A stretch of DNA of 64,000 nucleotides, from positions 672,001-736,000 of the forward strand of contig OZ253553.1 in NCBI GenBank assembly GCA_965262715.1. The letters run 5' to 3'. Under the pieces are notes generated by a model. It was not told the DNA's origin, ran no database searches, and was given only the letters and a program-made list of their open reading frames with translations. Positions 20,911 to 32,153 of this stretch are shown one piece after another. The stretch's first letter is position 1. Every line of letters starts with the position of its first letter. The translations under genes were made by a program, and so were the position numbers. Source of the DNA: Bdellovibrionales bacterium. Lineage in GTDB: Bacteria > Bdellovibrionota > Bdellovibrionia > Bdellovibrionales > JAUICD01.

Positions 20911-21065
20911 AAGATTTTGAGTTTTGTATCCTTATGGCTTTATTGCATAAATATTTTTAGAGCATTATAAAGATGTGTATAAGAATTTTAGTAGGCTTTT
21001 TCTTTGGCCATAGGCAACCTCTGTACCTTGCATCTTTATGAATTTATAATTTTATTACAGAATAA

Positions 21066-21121
21066 GGCCTTGTTGCACAAGTGTTGACTCTATTACATAT
21101 AAATATTTGTGTAACAAGGCC
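21066..21121. mobile_element. 56-bp mini-MITE made of two IS5/IS903-like ends
   Basis: GGCCTTGTTGCACAA ... TTGTGTAACAAGGCC inverted repeats matching the IS at 24407-25728. Confidence 0.6.
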
Positions 21122-21968
21122 GAGTAGGATTATTCTTTCCTGATTCAATATATTGATAAGGTAACTCGCTTATATAATGCAGTAGGTACAATTGCTTGAC
21201 AAACATGTTTGTATGTAACATAACTGGCTCATTATGTTTATACGTATGCTTTTGATTTTATTTCTTTGTATAGCTTTTATTAAGGTTGAAGCTATGGAAG
21301 AAGTGGTTTGTGCAGATGCCTTTCAACCATTACCTTCAAATTTGAAAGTACAATCAAATAAACTTATTTATACGAACATGTTCATTACTCCTTTTGTTTT
21401 TCCTTTTATAAACTTTTATAATGTTGAAGGTATAGTTCATAGCATTTCTTTTGAAGTGGATGAATTGAGTTATACCATTAAAGTGAAAGTTAAAGATCCT
21501 AGAAAAGATCAGGTTTCACATCAAGTTCTCTTTGAAAGACTGCTAGATATTCTAGGTAAGGTGCCAAGGGATCTTTTAAAAAATATTAGAACTATTACGG
21601 CCTTGTTGCACAAAGATTTAAATAGTTTTTATTTTATTTATTTTTTAAGTAAGATTGTCATTTAATATTTTTTTATCAAGCTGAAAGAGAAGAAGGCACA
21701 ATCATCTGATTAAGGATTTTACATTTAATAAACACTTCATTTGCTTGACGATGAAATTCTCTAGAAGATAATTTATCACCTAATAAAGTTTTAAATCTAT
21801 ACATAGCTGTTTCTGATATAGACCTCCTGTGATATTTATGTTTTTTTTTCCACTTCTTTCTACCCATCTTCTTGATTTCTCTAATATAAGTATCTCTAAG
21901 AAGCGGCGATCCCCGACAATTTCCATGCCTCTTAATCACAGCATTCTTTCTAGGTGGAGCAACCAATT
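21114..21968 (+). repeat. 855-bp direct duplication, copy 1 (5' half of a secreted-protein gene plus the IS5 3' end)
   Basis: Appears identical to 23922-24776 (offset 2808); ORF 21234-21665 equals ORF 24042-24473. Confidence 0.9.
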
Positions 21969-23921
21969 CCTGAGTTTGACACTTAATTTGAATTTTCGTG
22001 ATATTTTTTTCAAGGAATGTTGTATTTATAGTCATTAGCGGTTATTGTGTTTGTATTTTGGTCAAAAAGTGTAGTGTACTTATTTATCATACACTACGCG
22101 TCATATACCTTATTTTCTTTTATTTTTTATATTTTTCTTGTAATGTATTTTTATGTTCATAAGGTCTACAAGAAATCCGAGAGGAGACATATATTATCAT
22201 CTTGTTGAGAGCTACAGATTAGGTTCTCAAGTGAAGCAAAGGATTCTAATGTCTTTAGGTAAAGCCGCGGATAAGGAAGTTAACTTGAAGAAGCTTCTAG
22301 ACGTATTATCTAAAGAGTTAGAGATAATTCCTGCTAGTAAGTTATTAAAAGAGATTGATGTAAAAGACACTTTTATTTTAGGTCCTTTGCTTATAATAGA
22401 TACTATTTTTAAACAATTAAATCTCTATAGATTATTAACAGATTTAAAACAGAAGCATCGTAAAGTGCAATTTGATTTTGTTAAGATTATTTTTACATTG
22501 GTTATAAGTCGTTTTGTAGAGCCTTGTTCTAAGCTTAAAGTATTTTCACACTGGCAGAAGTTATTTTATCCTGATTTTTTAGAAGGGGAGCTTCATCTTC
22601 AAGACATTTATCGTTCTTTAGATATTCTAAGTAAGCATAAAGAAGATATAGAGAAGACTCTTTATATGCGAGGTAAGTCTCAATTAAGTTTTTTCAATGA
22701 GTGTGATGTTATTTTGTATGATTTAACGACATTGAGATTTGAGAGTACCCGTGAGGATTTAGATAATCTTCGAAGGTTTGGTTATAGCAAAGAGAAGAGG
22801 AGTGATTGCACACAAGTGGTATTTGGACTTTTAGTAGATACAGAAGGTATGCCCTTAGGCTTTGATGTTTATCCTGGGAATACATTTGAAGGTAAAACAA
22901 TACCTTCAGTTATGACGAAGCTAAAAAAGAAGTTTAAGATCAGAAGATTTATATTAGTAGGAGATAGAGGTTTATTTTCTAATGAGAATCTCCAATCATT
23001 AAAAGCAAAGGGAGATGAATTTATAGTAGGATTAAAGCTAGGTTTATTAAAGGATCGTCATGCAGAGATATACAATTTAAAGAATTTTAAATTTATAAAT
23101 GAAGATTTAGCTATATACGAGACAAGCTATAATAATGATCGTTGTATAATTACCTGGTCGAGAAAGAGAGCAGAACGAGATAAGAAAGTAAGAGAAGATA
23201 TTCTATCTAAGATAGAAGCTCAATTATCAAAGAAGTCCATAAGCACAAGATCTTTTTTATCTAATAGTAATTATAAGAAGTATATTGTTCATCCTAAGAG
23301 TAAAGGCAAGCCTACTTTAAATAAGTCAGCTATAGAACAATCAGAGAGGACAGATGGTTTTTTTGGAATAATTACAAACACAGATTTAAGCTCTGAAGAG
23401 ATTATAATGAACTATAAGCAATTATGGAAGGTAGAGAATTCATTTAGAGAGTTGAAGGGTACATTAAAGACACGTCCTATGTTCCACTGGACAGATAAGA
23501 GGATATTAGGTCATTTAGTTGTGTGTTTTTTATCTTACTTATGTGAGGCTTATTTTGCAAAGAAGTTACATCAAAGAAACATCACATTAAAAGATAAAGC
23601 GATCACAGACAAGAGAATAAAGTCAAGGCCATTGAGTGTAGCGGAAGCTATGTCAAAGCTGAAAGAAGTACGAGCTATACCTGTCAGATATAAAAACAAA
23701 ACTATTTGGATAAGAACAGATATTTATGGCAATAACGCTGATGTATTTAAAGCTATAGGAGTTAAGATCCCATCAAAACAACTTAAAATTGAATCTACTT
23801 AAACCTACAAACAATCTCTTAAATCTCTACCACAAAATCAAAATGTAGTGGTACAAAATCACACATCCACTGTAACTAACTAAAATAACTCAACTTTATT
23901 TTCGCAACTGTCAAACTCAGG
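21969..23921 (+). mobile_element. IS1634-family element (transposase 22153-23802)
   Basis: TIRs CCTGAGTTTGACA / TGTCAAACTCAGG; DDE motifs YDLTT, GDRG, VE..FR.LK...RP.FHW. Confidence 0.93.
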
Positions 23922-24776
23922 ACAAGGCCGAGTAGGATTATTCTTTCCTGATTCAATATATTGATAAGGTAACTCGCTTATATAATGCAGTAGGTACAAT
24001 TGCTTGACAAACATGTTTGTATGTAACATAACTGGCTCATTATGTTTATACGTATGCTTTTGATTTTATTTCTTTGTATAGCTTTTATTAAGGTTGAAGC
24101 TATGGAAGAAGTGGTTTGTGCAGATGCCTTTCAACCATTACCTTCAAATTTGAAAGTACAATCAAATAAACTTATTTATACGAACATGTTCATTACTCCT
24201 TTTGTTTTTCCTTTTATAAACTTTTATAATGTTGAAGGTATAGTTCATAGCATTTCTTTTGAAGTGGATGAATTGAGTTATACCATTAAAGTGAAAGTTA
24301 AAGATCCTAGAAAAGATCAGGTTTCACATCAAGTTCTCTTTGAAAGACTGCTAGATATTCTAGGTAAGGTGCCAAGGGATCTTTTAAAAAATATTAGAAC
24401 TATTACGGCCTTGTTGCACAAAGATTTAAATAGTTTTTATTTTATTTATTTTTTAAGTAAGATTGTCATTTAATATTTTTTTATCAAGCTGAAAGAGAAG
24501 AAGGCACAATCATCTGATTAAGGATTTTACATTTAATAAACACTTCATTTGCTTGACGATGAAATTCTCTAGAAGATAATTTATCACCTAATAAAGTTTT
24601 AAATCTATACATAGCTGTTTCTGATATAGACCTCCTGTGATATTTATGTTTTTTTTTCCACTTCTTTCTACCCATCTTCTTGATTTCTCTAATATAAGTA
24701 TCTCTAAGAAGCGGCGATCCCCGACAATTTCCATGCCTCTTAATCACAGCATTCTTTCTAGGTGGAGCAACCAATT
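23922..24776 (+). repeat. 855-bp direct duplication, copy 2
   Basis: Appears identical to 21114-21968. Confidence 0.9.
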
Positions 24777-25941
24777 TTATACTTCTATCACTTGTAAACT
24801 GATAACAATTCTTACAGTCATAAGCCCCATCAACTGAAACTTGGCCTATCTCATCTTCATATCCTGTCAATAACTCTTCAAAAACCTCATTATCCTTTAC
24901 AGAATTATCACTTAAAACAGATGCCTTAATCTGGGAATTTGACTCATCTACCGCTAAATGTAGCTTCTTCCATGTCCTTCTCTTAGAATACCCATGCTGA
25001 CGGACTTTCCACTCTCCCTCCCCATAAACTTTAAGACCTGTGGAATCAATGACAATATGAGGATTCTTGTGAGAAGATAGCTTTCTTTCTAGTTTTACTG
25101 ATAACTTCTGTAATCTTCTGCAAAGAGTTGTATAATTAGGTATTTCTATATCAAGACCCATAAGTTCAACTAGGGATTTAGCAAAACCTTCTGTAGATCG
25201 CAATTTTAAACCAAATATGAATCTTAATATATTAAGAGTTTCAATAGCTTTATCAGAGTAAACTTGTTGACCCCCTTGCTTTGAAGAACATTTTGCATAC
25301 CAAGATTTGACGATATCTGCTGAAAACCAAAAAGTGATTTGACCTCTATTGACTAGAGACTTATTATAAAGACTCCAGTTTATTTTTTTATTTTTACCCA
25401 TCTCTAGCTCCTTCTGATTTAGTGATTGTGAAAGTTGGGGATGGGTAAATTTTATAATCATTAAAAACAAAAAATCAAAGTAATAGATATATCAAACTCA
25501 GGAAAGATCTTATTGCATAAAAATTTAAGAATGAGATTTGTGAAAGACTTCTGAAATAGGACTAGGCTAGCGGCTTAGGGTAAATATCTCTTAAACTATT
25601 TTATTCTATAATAAAATCTTAAAATAATAGCAATACAAGGCGCGGGGGTTGCCTAGAGCCTATGGAAGATGCCTGACTTAATTCTCTAATCTTTTATATA
25701 CTTCCTTAAATCTTTGTGCAACAAAGCCACTATTACAATTTATAATTATGATAACTATGATAGTCATGATGATGAAGATAATGAAGATAATGAAGAGGTT
25801 TATATTGATCGTTTAAAGAAGAGTAGCGATATTAGTATATCCTCTTATGAAAGTGGGTTGTATTCATTTTCTTATAATCCTATCATGTTTGAATCTTATT
25901 TATTAAGATTAATAGAAAATTATATTCAGAGGAATATATAA
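24042..25941 (+). pseudogene. Secreted hypothetical protein interrupted by IS5
   Basis: Removing the IS and one TSD rejoins ...KNIRTIT|IYNYDNY... in frame with ORF 25714-25941. Confidence 0.85.
24407..25728 (-). mobile_element. IS5-family (IS903 group) element, transposase 24484-25470
   Basis: TIRs GGCCTTGTTGCACAAAGATTT / AAATCTTTGTGCAACAAAGCC; 8-bp TSD ACTATTAC; NW..YN.SLVNRG, DSTGLKVYGEGEW, DGAYD, YHRRS.SET. Confidence 0.95.
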
Positions 25942-26321
25942 TAAACTAAATTTATTTCTTGAATCGTTTCACTCAAGATGAACCTGTCTTTGGTAGTTTT
26001 CTAGCAATAAACCCGACAATGGCTCTTTAAAGCTATAAAGATTAAGTAGGATAAGTTACATATTAAAATGTATTATGTTAATTATCATTTTTTTTATCTT
26101 TAGATCTATTGACTTTTAAGAAGAATAGAGATAAATATTATTTTAATAAAGAAAAGAGGTTTATGATGAAGCCACTTATAATAAAATCAATTTTTGCTAA
26201 AGGTATATCATTTGTCTGTGTTGTCCATTGCCATCAAACAAGGCAGCATCCTCATTTAATCTAAAAATTTATTTTAATAGCTAAAATTTTATAATTACTC
26301 AAAACTAACGGGTGGTGTATT

Positions 26322-27020
26322 ATGTGTGTATCCAAATCTTTGATAAAACTAAAAGTATTATTTTTTAATTTAACAAGTATGTTCATTTTCTCTTTGGTTC
26401 TTGTTGTGTCATTAGAGAAGGCAAATGCAAATTGTCCTTGGATGTTTTTGTACGGAATTATGAACAATGATGAGAAGCTTATAAATCTTCTTTTAGATTA
26501 TAAAGTGGATGTTAATGCTTCTTTAAAAGACTGTGGAGAGCTTCCTGAAATAATAGAATTTAATACTGCCGTACATAATCTGTTTTTATTGCCTCCTGGC
26601 ACTCAATTATATGACAGATTTATACCAATTGATCCAGCATATAGATACACATCTGTTATTGTGGATGGACTTCTTAATTATGGTCCGAAAATAAAAATAA
26701 GAATACCATTACCTGAGGATACTACAATACTCCACGTTGCTGCTTATAATAATAGTCGTTATAATGGCCGTTATATTTTTGAAAGGTTACGGGCAAATGG
26801 GGCAAATGATCAAGCAATTGATGCAAATGGAAAAACGCCGATTGATGTTTACTGCTTAAATGGATATCCTAATTTTCTTGAATATGATATTGTAATTGGC
26901 TGTTGTCATGTAGAAGGTATAAGAGAATATCCACCACTAAGCTGCTTAGTGAATGGAAGGTTAGAGTGTAGAGTACCCAATCCTCCAAATTCATGTTGGA
27001 GGTTGAAGAATATTAATTGA
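26322..27020 (+). CDS. Secreted ankyrin-repeat-containing protein with Cys-rich tail
   Basis: LLLDYKVDVNA, TILHVAAY, GANDQAIDANGKTPID; signal peptide. Confidence 0.7.
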   Translation: MCVSKSLIKLKVLFFNLTSMFIFSLVLVVSLEKANANCPWMFLYGIMNNDEKLINLLLDYKVDVNASLKDCGELPEIIEFNTAVHNLFLLPPGTQLYDRFIPIDPAYRYTSVIVDGLLNYGPKIKIRIPLPEDTTILHVAAYNNSRYNGRYIFERLRANGANDQAIDANGKTPIDVYCLNGYPNFLEYDIVIGCCHVEGIREYPPLSCLVNGRLECRVPNPPNSCWRLKNIN

Positions 27021-27095
27021 TAAACGTTGAGTCATTTTTGAATCAAAGTTATATTGTGCTAGGGGCTGTTTATTTTTGTAATAAGTTCTTGAAAC

Positions 27096-27747
27096 TAAAA
27101 CCGGTCTCAAAAATAAAATTTGATGAACATTGCTAGCGGTTCATAACTTTATCTAATTACTGATGTATATCAGTGTTCATCTTTTTTCACTAAAATACAT
27201 CTCGCCGCTGGCGACTTTCTAGTAGTCAGCTTGACGATTCACATCGTCAGTAAATAGCTGACTACCTAGAAAGCCTGAAGCATTTTAGTAAACGAGATAC
27301 TCCTCATTGATTAATATCATGTTAAGGGAATCGTCGTCTATTAAACGTTTGTACCTATTACCTCTAATTTCTTGTATAAAAGGGCTGTCTTCCTCAAAAT
27401 GAATCAGCTTTTTTTTCACTAAAATGCATCTGACCTCTGGTCACTTTCTGGCAGTAAGCCCGACGGCTTTTACGGCCGTCGGCGAATAGCTTACTGCCTA
27501 GAAAGGCTAATGCATTTTAGTAGGGAGGATCTTCTTGTTTCTTAACACAATGTTAGGGAAACTTTATTCTTGCCATCGGATCAGTACCTAGATTTATTTC
27601 ATGGACAATCCTCAAAAAGGCTAGCCTTGAGAGGCTTGTCTTCTATTCATTTTGAGTAAAGGCCATCTCATGGAATTCTTTGTATAATATAAAACCGGTC
27701 TTTTTCTAAAACTGTTATCTCTAGTAGCATTTTTGAGATGGCTTCTA
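27096..27747. mobile_element. Putative non-autonomous IS5-type MITE carrying two structured repeats
   Basis: Ends TAAAACCGGTCTCAAAAAT / TTTTTGAGATGGCTTCTA match the dispersed TAGAAGCCATCTCAAAAAT motif; no ORF inside. Confidence 0.45.
27189..27521. other. Two tandem ~100-nt multi-stem structured elements (27189-27289, 27418-27521)
   Basis: Same four-helix layout with compensatory substitutions between the copies. Confidence 0.65.
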
Positions 27748-28181
27748 AAAAAGCATACAGCAGGTTTTTGAAATAGTCCTTCAGCCAATGCCTTAGGATG
27801 TAAGATTTGTATAAAATATTTTATTCTATCATAAAATCAAAAAATGAAAGCAGCAGAAGGCACGAGGATACTCTGCTGCTAGTGAAGATGCCTACCATAA
27901 CTCTCATACATGTTTGTGCAACAAGACCAATCCTTATTATTAAATTTAATCGAGGAGCACTATTCAGAAACAATAAGTAACTCACATGGTGAACCAACAT
28001 ACGATAAAGCGAAACGTAGGATACACTTTGGAATACACATTTAAGAATCATTTATGTGTTTAAGTTTTAACCACTCTTAAGTCTTGTCTATCCTATATCA
28101 ATCAAGATGTTTGCTTTAAAACACAACATCAGTCCTTTGTCATTTGGTATAGTTAATTCCGTCTATCTATCAAAAATGTAG

Positions 28182-29522
28182 ATGGTTGAGATGGTATATA
28201 ACATAATAATGATTATCTATAATATTTATAATTTATATTATTTAGGAGTGGAATACAAAATGAGATTTTGTAAGTTATATCGGATAAAATTTTTTGTTTT
28301 TCTGTGTTTATTGATGTTGTTTTGCAGTTGCACGCGTGACCCATTTGGTCGTTATCCTGATGAAGTCAAAGATGCCTCTCCTTACCCAAAAAATGTTTAT
28401 TACTTAGGTCATAATTTTGAAAATCAGATTGTGTTTGAAAGTATTGCAACAATAGAAGCCAGTGATATCTGGCAAACCTTTGTAGGTGATAAGTTTAATA
28501 TGGTGGTCACAGGTCATGTCTTGTTAAAAGATGAAAACTTCGATGATTTTCATATTGAATTGGTATCACCACCTCTTGATAATGAAATCTATGGATTTAG
28601 TGAAGTGGATACAGAAGAAGATGGTTCTAAAAAGAAACAATATATTTTTCGATGGCAGCCAAGCAGGTCTTTTCTTGGAGAGGAATCTCCAAAGGTTATC
28701 GATTTAAGATTTCGACTGACAATTGTGCGTGAAAACAGGGCCAGTATAAGTAGATTTGATAACTTTCCTGTTTTTGTTTATGAAAAACCAATACTGACTG
28801 AACCTACTATTCTTTCCATTGAACACCCATCAATGGTTTCTAGTGAAAGTATTTGTAAAATAAAAGTTAGAGTTTTTGATGTAAACTCTAGTGAAGATTA
28901 CCCTCCGGTTATTGATTTTGTTGATGTGGATAGAAGATACGATGCTTCTGATCTAATTACTTTTTCTAATAAGTCTCAGTTAGATGATCATACTTGGGAA
29001 TTTGAATATAATTTTAAGCCGAAGCCTTTAGGAGGAGAAAGTCAGATATCTTACGAGCTTGAAGCACTTGCCATATCAAAATTTGGAGCATCTTCTCCTT
29101 CTAAAAGCTCACAATTGATTATTTTTGAAGATATGGATAGCTTGCCTCAAGTTATAGGGCCAGAAAACATAACAGTTTATACAGGTACAACTTCTTTTAT
29201 GGAGTTGCAAGTTCAAGATCCTTTTAATGGAGATTTATCATTGGATAGAATTTTAAATTCTGAGAATATTCCAGGTCATCTTACTGCTGAAACAAGGAAA
29301 GGAAATAATGGTTTTGGTATTTCTATTACTTGGGATATGCCTGCAAATACTGAAGAAGCTGATATATCAGGTGAATATGAACTTTATGTGAAGATGACAT
29401 ATCGATGGGAGCATAATGGTAGTAGGCTTACAAAAAAAATCTCTCATAAAATCAAAATAAGTATTATATTTGTTGAAGATATTGAGCATCCTGATAATAC
29501 CCAAGAAATAGCTATACAATAA
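28182..29522 (+). CDS. Lipoprotein with beta-sandwich (Ig/cadherin-like) domains
   Basis: Lipobox FCSC after hydrophobic stretch (probable start ~28260); beta-rich repeats; first gene of the cluster. Confidence 0.65.
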   Translation: MVEMVYNIIMIIYNIYNLYYLGVEYKMRFCKLYRIKFFVFLCLLMLFCSCTRDPFGRYPDEVKDASPYPKNVYYLGHNFENQIVFESIATIEASDIWQTFVGDKFNMVVTGHVLLKDENFDDFHIELVSPPLDNEIYGFSEVDTEEDGSKKKQYIFRWQPSRSFLGEESPKVIDLRFRLTIVRENRASISRFDNFPVFVYEKPILTEPTILSIEHPSMVSSESICKIKVRVFDVNSSEDYPPVIDFVDVDRRYDASDLITFSNKSQLDDHTWEFEYNFKPKPLGGESQISYELEALAISKFGASSPSKSSQLIIFEDMDSLPQVIGPENITVYTGTTSFMELQVQDPFNGDLSLDRILNSENIPGHLTAETRKGNNGFGISITWDMPANTEEADISGEYELYVKMTYRWEHNGSRLTKKISHKIKISIIFVEDIEHPDNTQEIAIQ

Positions 29523-29562
29523 GAAGAAGTGCTATAATAACTTAAGGTAGAAGAAGAGATTA

Positions 29563-30279
29563 ATGTTGATAAAAATTTTCTGTTTTATTTCTATTTTTTG
29601 TTTTGCCTCTATAGGACAATCAGATATTTTAAGTGACTTAAGATCTTTAGGTGGTAATGAAATTCTATTTAAAAAAGCTAAGATATTAACTCCTGAAAAG
29701 AAAATCACAATTGTTCAATCAAGGATAGTAGATCGCACTTTAAGACATGAGTTCAATCTTGAAACTAGTTATGTTATAGGAGGTGACGCTTTCTTAAAAA
29801 CTATAAGGTTTGGAATGAATTATCAATTCCATATTATGCCTTATTTGTCTGTAGGCCTTAAAGGGCATGTCGCTTTTAATAAATTGTCTACAGAAGGAGA
29901 TGCTTTTATTCAAAGAGCTATGACTTTATATAATGAATTTGATCAAATTGAACCTCTTATTCCTGATATAGATTATGAAAGATATGCATCTTACTTAGTA
30001 TTAAACTGGTATCCTATTTATGGAAAATTTAACCTCTATGATTTAGGTATTGCTCATTATGATCTTTACTTACTTGCTGGAGGAGGAGGAGTTTGGCTTA
30101 AAAGGGGTGCTTCAATGAGTGTGCTTGTTGGAGGAGGCCTTGCTTTTTGGCTTGCAAATAAAATTTCTCTTCGCTTAGAAGCTAAATATGAAACATATAA
30201 AGCTACGAGATTAAATAATGTTCAAGGTCAAAGGCTGCATATTACAACGCTTGGTTTATCTTTAGGTTATATCCTATGA
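29563..30279 (+). CDS. Outer-membrane beta-barrel protein, myxobacterial/Bdellovibrio GltA/B/H-like family
   Basis: IVQ.R.V.R..RHE and WYPIYGK.N......HYD.Y...GGG signature. Confidence 0.85.
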   Translation: MLIKIFCFISIFCFASIGQSDILSDLRSLGGNEILFKKAKILTPEKKITIVQSRIVDRTLRHEFNLETSYVIGGDAFLKTIRFGMNYQFHIMPYLSVGLKGHVAFNKLSTEGDAFIQRAMTLYNEFDQIEPLIPDIDYERYASYLVLNWYPIYGKFNLYDLGIAHYDLYLLAGGGGVWLKRGASMSVLVGGGLAFWLANKISLRLEAKYETYKATRLNNVQGQRLHITTLGLSLGYIL

Positions 30280-32078
30280 AAATAAAATTACTAGCAGGTT
30301 CACTCATCTTTATATCTTTTTTTTTCTTTATTTACCCATCTTATGGAGTAGGTGAGGTATCTACTAATGAGGTATCTACTAATGAGGTATCTACTAATGA
30401 GGTATCTACTAATGAGGTATCTACTAATGAGGTATCTACTAATGAGGTATCTATTGTTAAAAGGTTTTCTCATGATAGGTCAATGAGAGTAAAATCTGTT
30501 CGTAGAAGACCGGCTTCTTTAGAAGGAGGTTTTGTAGAGGCTTTAAAAAGCGAATGGGCACAATCAGAAGAATCTAAAATTTTTCTAAATCTTTTTGCCA
30601 AACGCAAATGGGGAAGCGCATTGCTCCGATGGGATAAAAGTTTTAGGGGTAGTTCTTTTAGCGCATCTTCAACAGGTAAAGCTCTTTATGCTTATCTTCT
30701 TTTTAAAAATAATATAAAAATTATGGGGCTTGATATGCTCTTTGGAATTGAATCTCCTATGGAAATTCCACAAGAACTACAAGCTTTATGGCGTAAGGCA
30801 GCTGACTATAAAAATAAGGTATGGAACTCTGTAAATACTCAATGGAATAATAGCTGGAGAGATGTATTTGATCCTGAAGCAGAAATTATTACTTTATTAA
30901 ATAATGCATTTTCTTTTGAAGAAATAGAATCTATAAGTAAAGAGCATGAATTAAAAGATTTACACCTGCGATCTCAATTGCAATGGAATCTTATTTTACT
31001 TCTAGCATCACAAAATTTTTTGATAGAAGCGCTTAATCAACTTCGAAGTTTAATGAGATTAAAAAGACCTCCTGTAAGTCGCGAACTTATGCATTTAACA
31101 GTAGGCCGTATTCTTTTTCAGCTAAAGTCTTTTAATCCAGCTTTATCTTACTATAAATTAATACCTAAAAAGTCTGACTATTGGTTGATCGCTCAAGAAG
31201 AAATAGCATGGATTCATATACAGAATAACGAACCTCAAAAAGCTCTAGGCTATACGCACACTTTGATGCACCCTGTTTTAGCTAATCAGGTTGGCCCTGA
31301 ACCAAGCTATCTTCACGCGCTGGCTTCTGTTAAAGTATGTGACTATGAAGAAGTCTTAAGAACAATCAATTCATTTCAAATAAACTTTGAGCCAAGAATT
31401 AAATCGTTGTTACTTATAACAGGAGAGAAAGGACGCGCAAAACCTGTTAAACATTTAATGCAAGTGATGCAAGGGCTTACTCGAAGTCAAATGCCGTTAA
31501 GTATAATTAGACTGGGGGCAGTAGCAAGGGAGCTACCTTATTTGATCAATCATGATAAGTTTCTTTTTGATCTATCACATAAAAAACGCATGTTAATATT
31601 GGAATCAAGAAGGATTAGAAGATTATCTTCTATGATTTCATCACGATTACAAAAAGAAATGATAAAAGATAGCACTATAAGCAGTGATAGTTATTCTTTA
31701 GATGTTCTGCGGAGACTAAGAGAAATTATAGATATAAGACTAGAAAAGTATAATGAAAATTTTGATCGTAGGATTAAAGGATTGGCCAGTAAGGATTTAG
31801 AAGATATCCATCAGATAATAAAAAAATTACATGTTGTAAAGTCAGAGGTTTTCCACTTTATTACAGAAAAGTTTTTATCTAAGAAAGTTCAAGAAGCTTA
31901 TAATAGAGGAAAAAACCTACCTCAATCTACTTTAGAAATGGAAAGCAACCTTTATCGTGAAGCTCCTTATAAACTTGTGTTTGCAGATAAGGTAAGAGAG
32001 CTTTGGTTTGATGAATTAGGTAATTACCGCGTACATACAAATGGCTGTGAGAATAAAGCTAAAGATAATAAAATGTGA
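30276..32078 (+). CDS. TPR protein, GltC-like (gliding-associated)
   Basis: GRILFQ...AL.YY..IPK.S.YW..AQEE.AW, C.YEEV, ELWFDELGNY..C C-terminus; operon context. Confidence 0.75.
   Translation: MKIKLLAGSLIFISFFFFIYPSYGVGEVSTNEVSTNEVSTNEVSTNEVSTNEVSTNEVSIVKRFSHDRSMRVKSVRRRPASLEGGFVEALKSEWAQSEESKIFLNLFAKRKWGSALLRWDKSFRGSSFSASSTGKALYAYLLFKNNIKIMGLDMLFGIESPMEIPQELQALWRKAADYKNKVWNSVNTQWNNSWRDVFDPEAEIITLLNNAFSFEEIESISKEHELKDLHLRSQLQWNLILLLASQNFLIEALNQLRSLMRLKRPPVSRELMHLTVGRILFQLKSFNPALSYYKLIPKKSDYWLIAQEEIAWIHIQNNEPQKALGYTHTLMHPVLANQVGPEPSYLHALASVKVCDYEEVLRTINSFQINFEPRIKSLLLITGEKGRAKPVKHLMQVMQGLTRSQMPLSIIRLGAVARELPYLINHDKFLFDLSHKKRMLILESRRIRRLSSMISSRLQKEMIKDSTISSDSYSLDVLRRLREIIDIRLEKYNENFDRRIKGLASKDLEDIHQIIKKLHVVKSEVFHFITEKFLSKKVQEAYNRGKNLPQSTLEMESNLYREAPYKLVFADKVRELWFDELGNYRVHTNGCENKAKDNKM
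30354..30453 (+). repeat. 15-bp perfect tandem repeat (GAGGTATCTACTAAT, 6 full copies plus partial) encoding EVSTN
   Basis: Directly visible, immediately after the signal peptide. Confidence 0.97.
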
Positions 32079-32153
32079 TTCTATAAAACTTTATTTAATT
32101 AAGAGTTAAAGTTTTTACCTAGTTTTTGTAAAAAAGATATTTATGGAGGTAAT

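Noticed and set aside
21676..22035. 119-aa standalone transposase ORF
   Set aside because: Chimera of IS1634 end sequence and the duplicated IS5 3' fragment
30354..30453. Possible CRISPR array
   Set aside because: Contiguous 15-bp units without spacers, in frame within a CDS; no cas genes in the window
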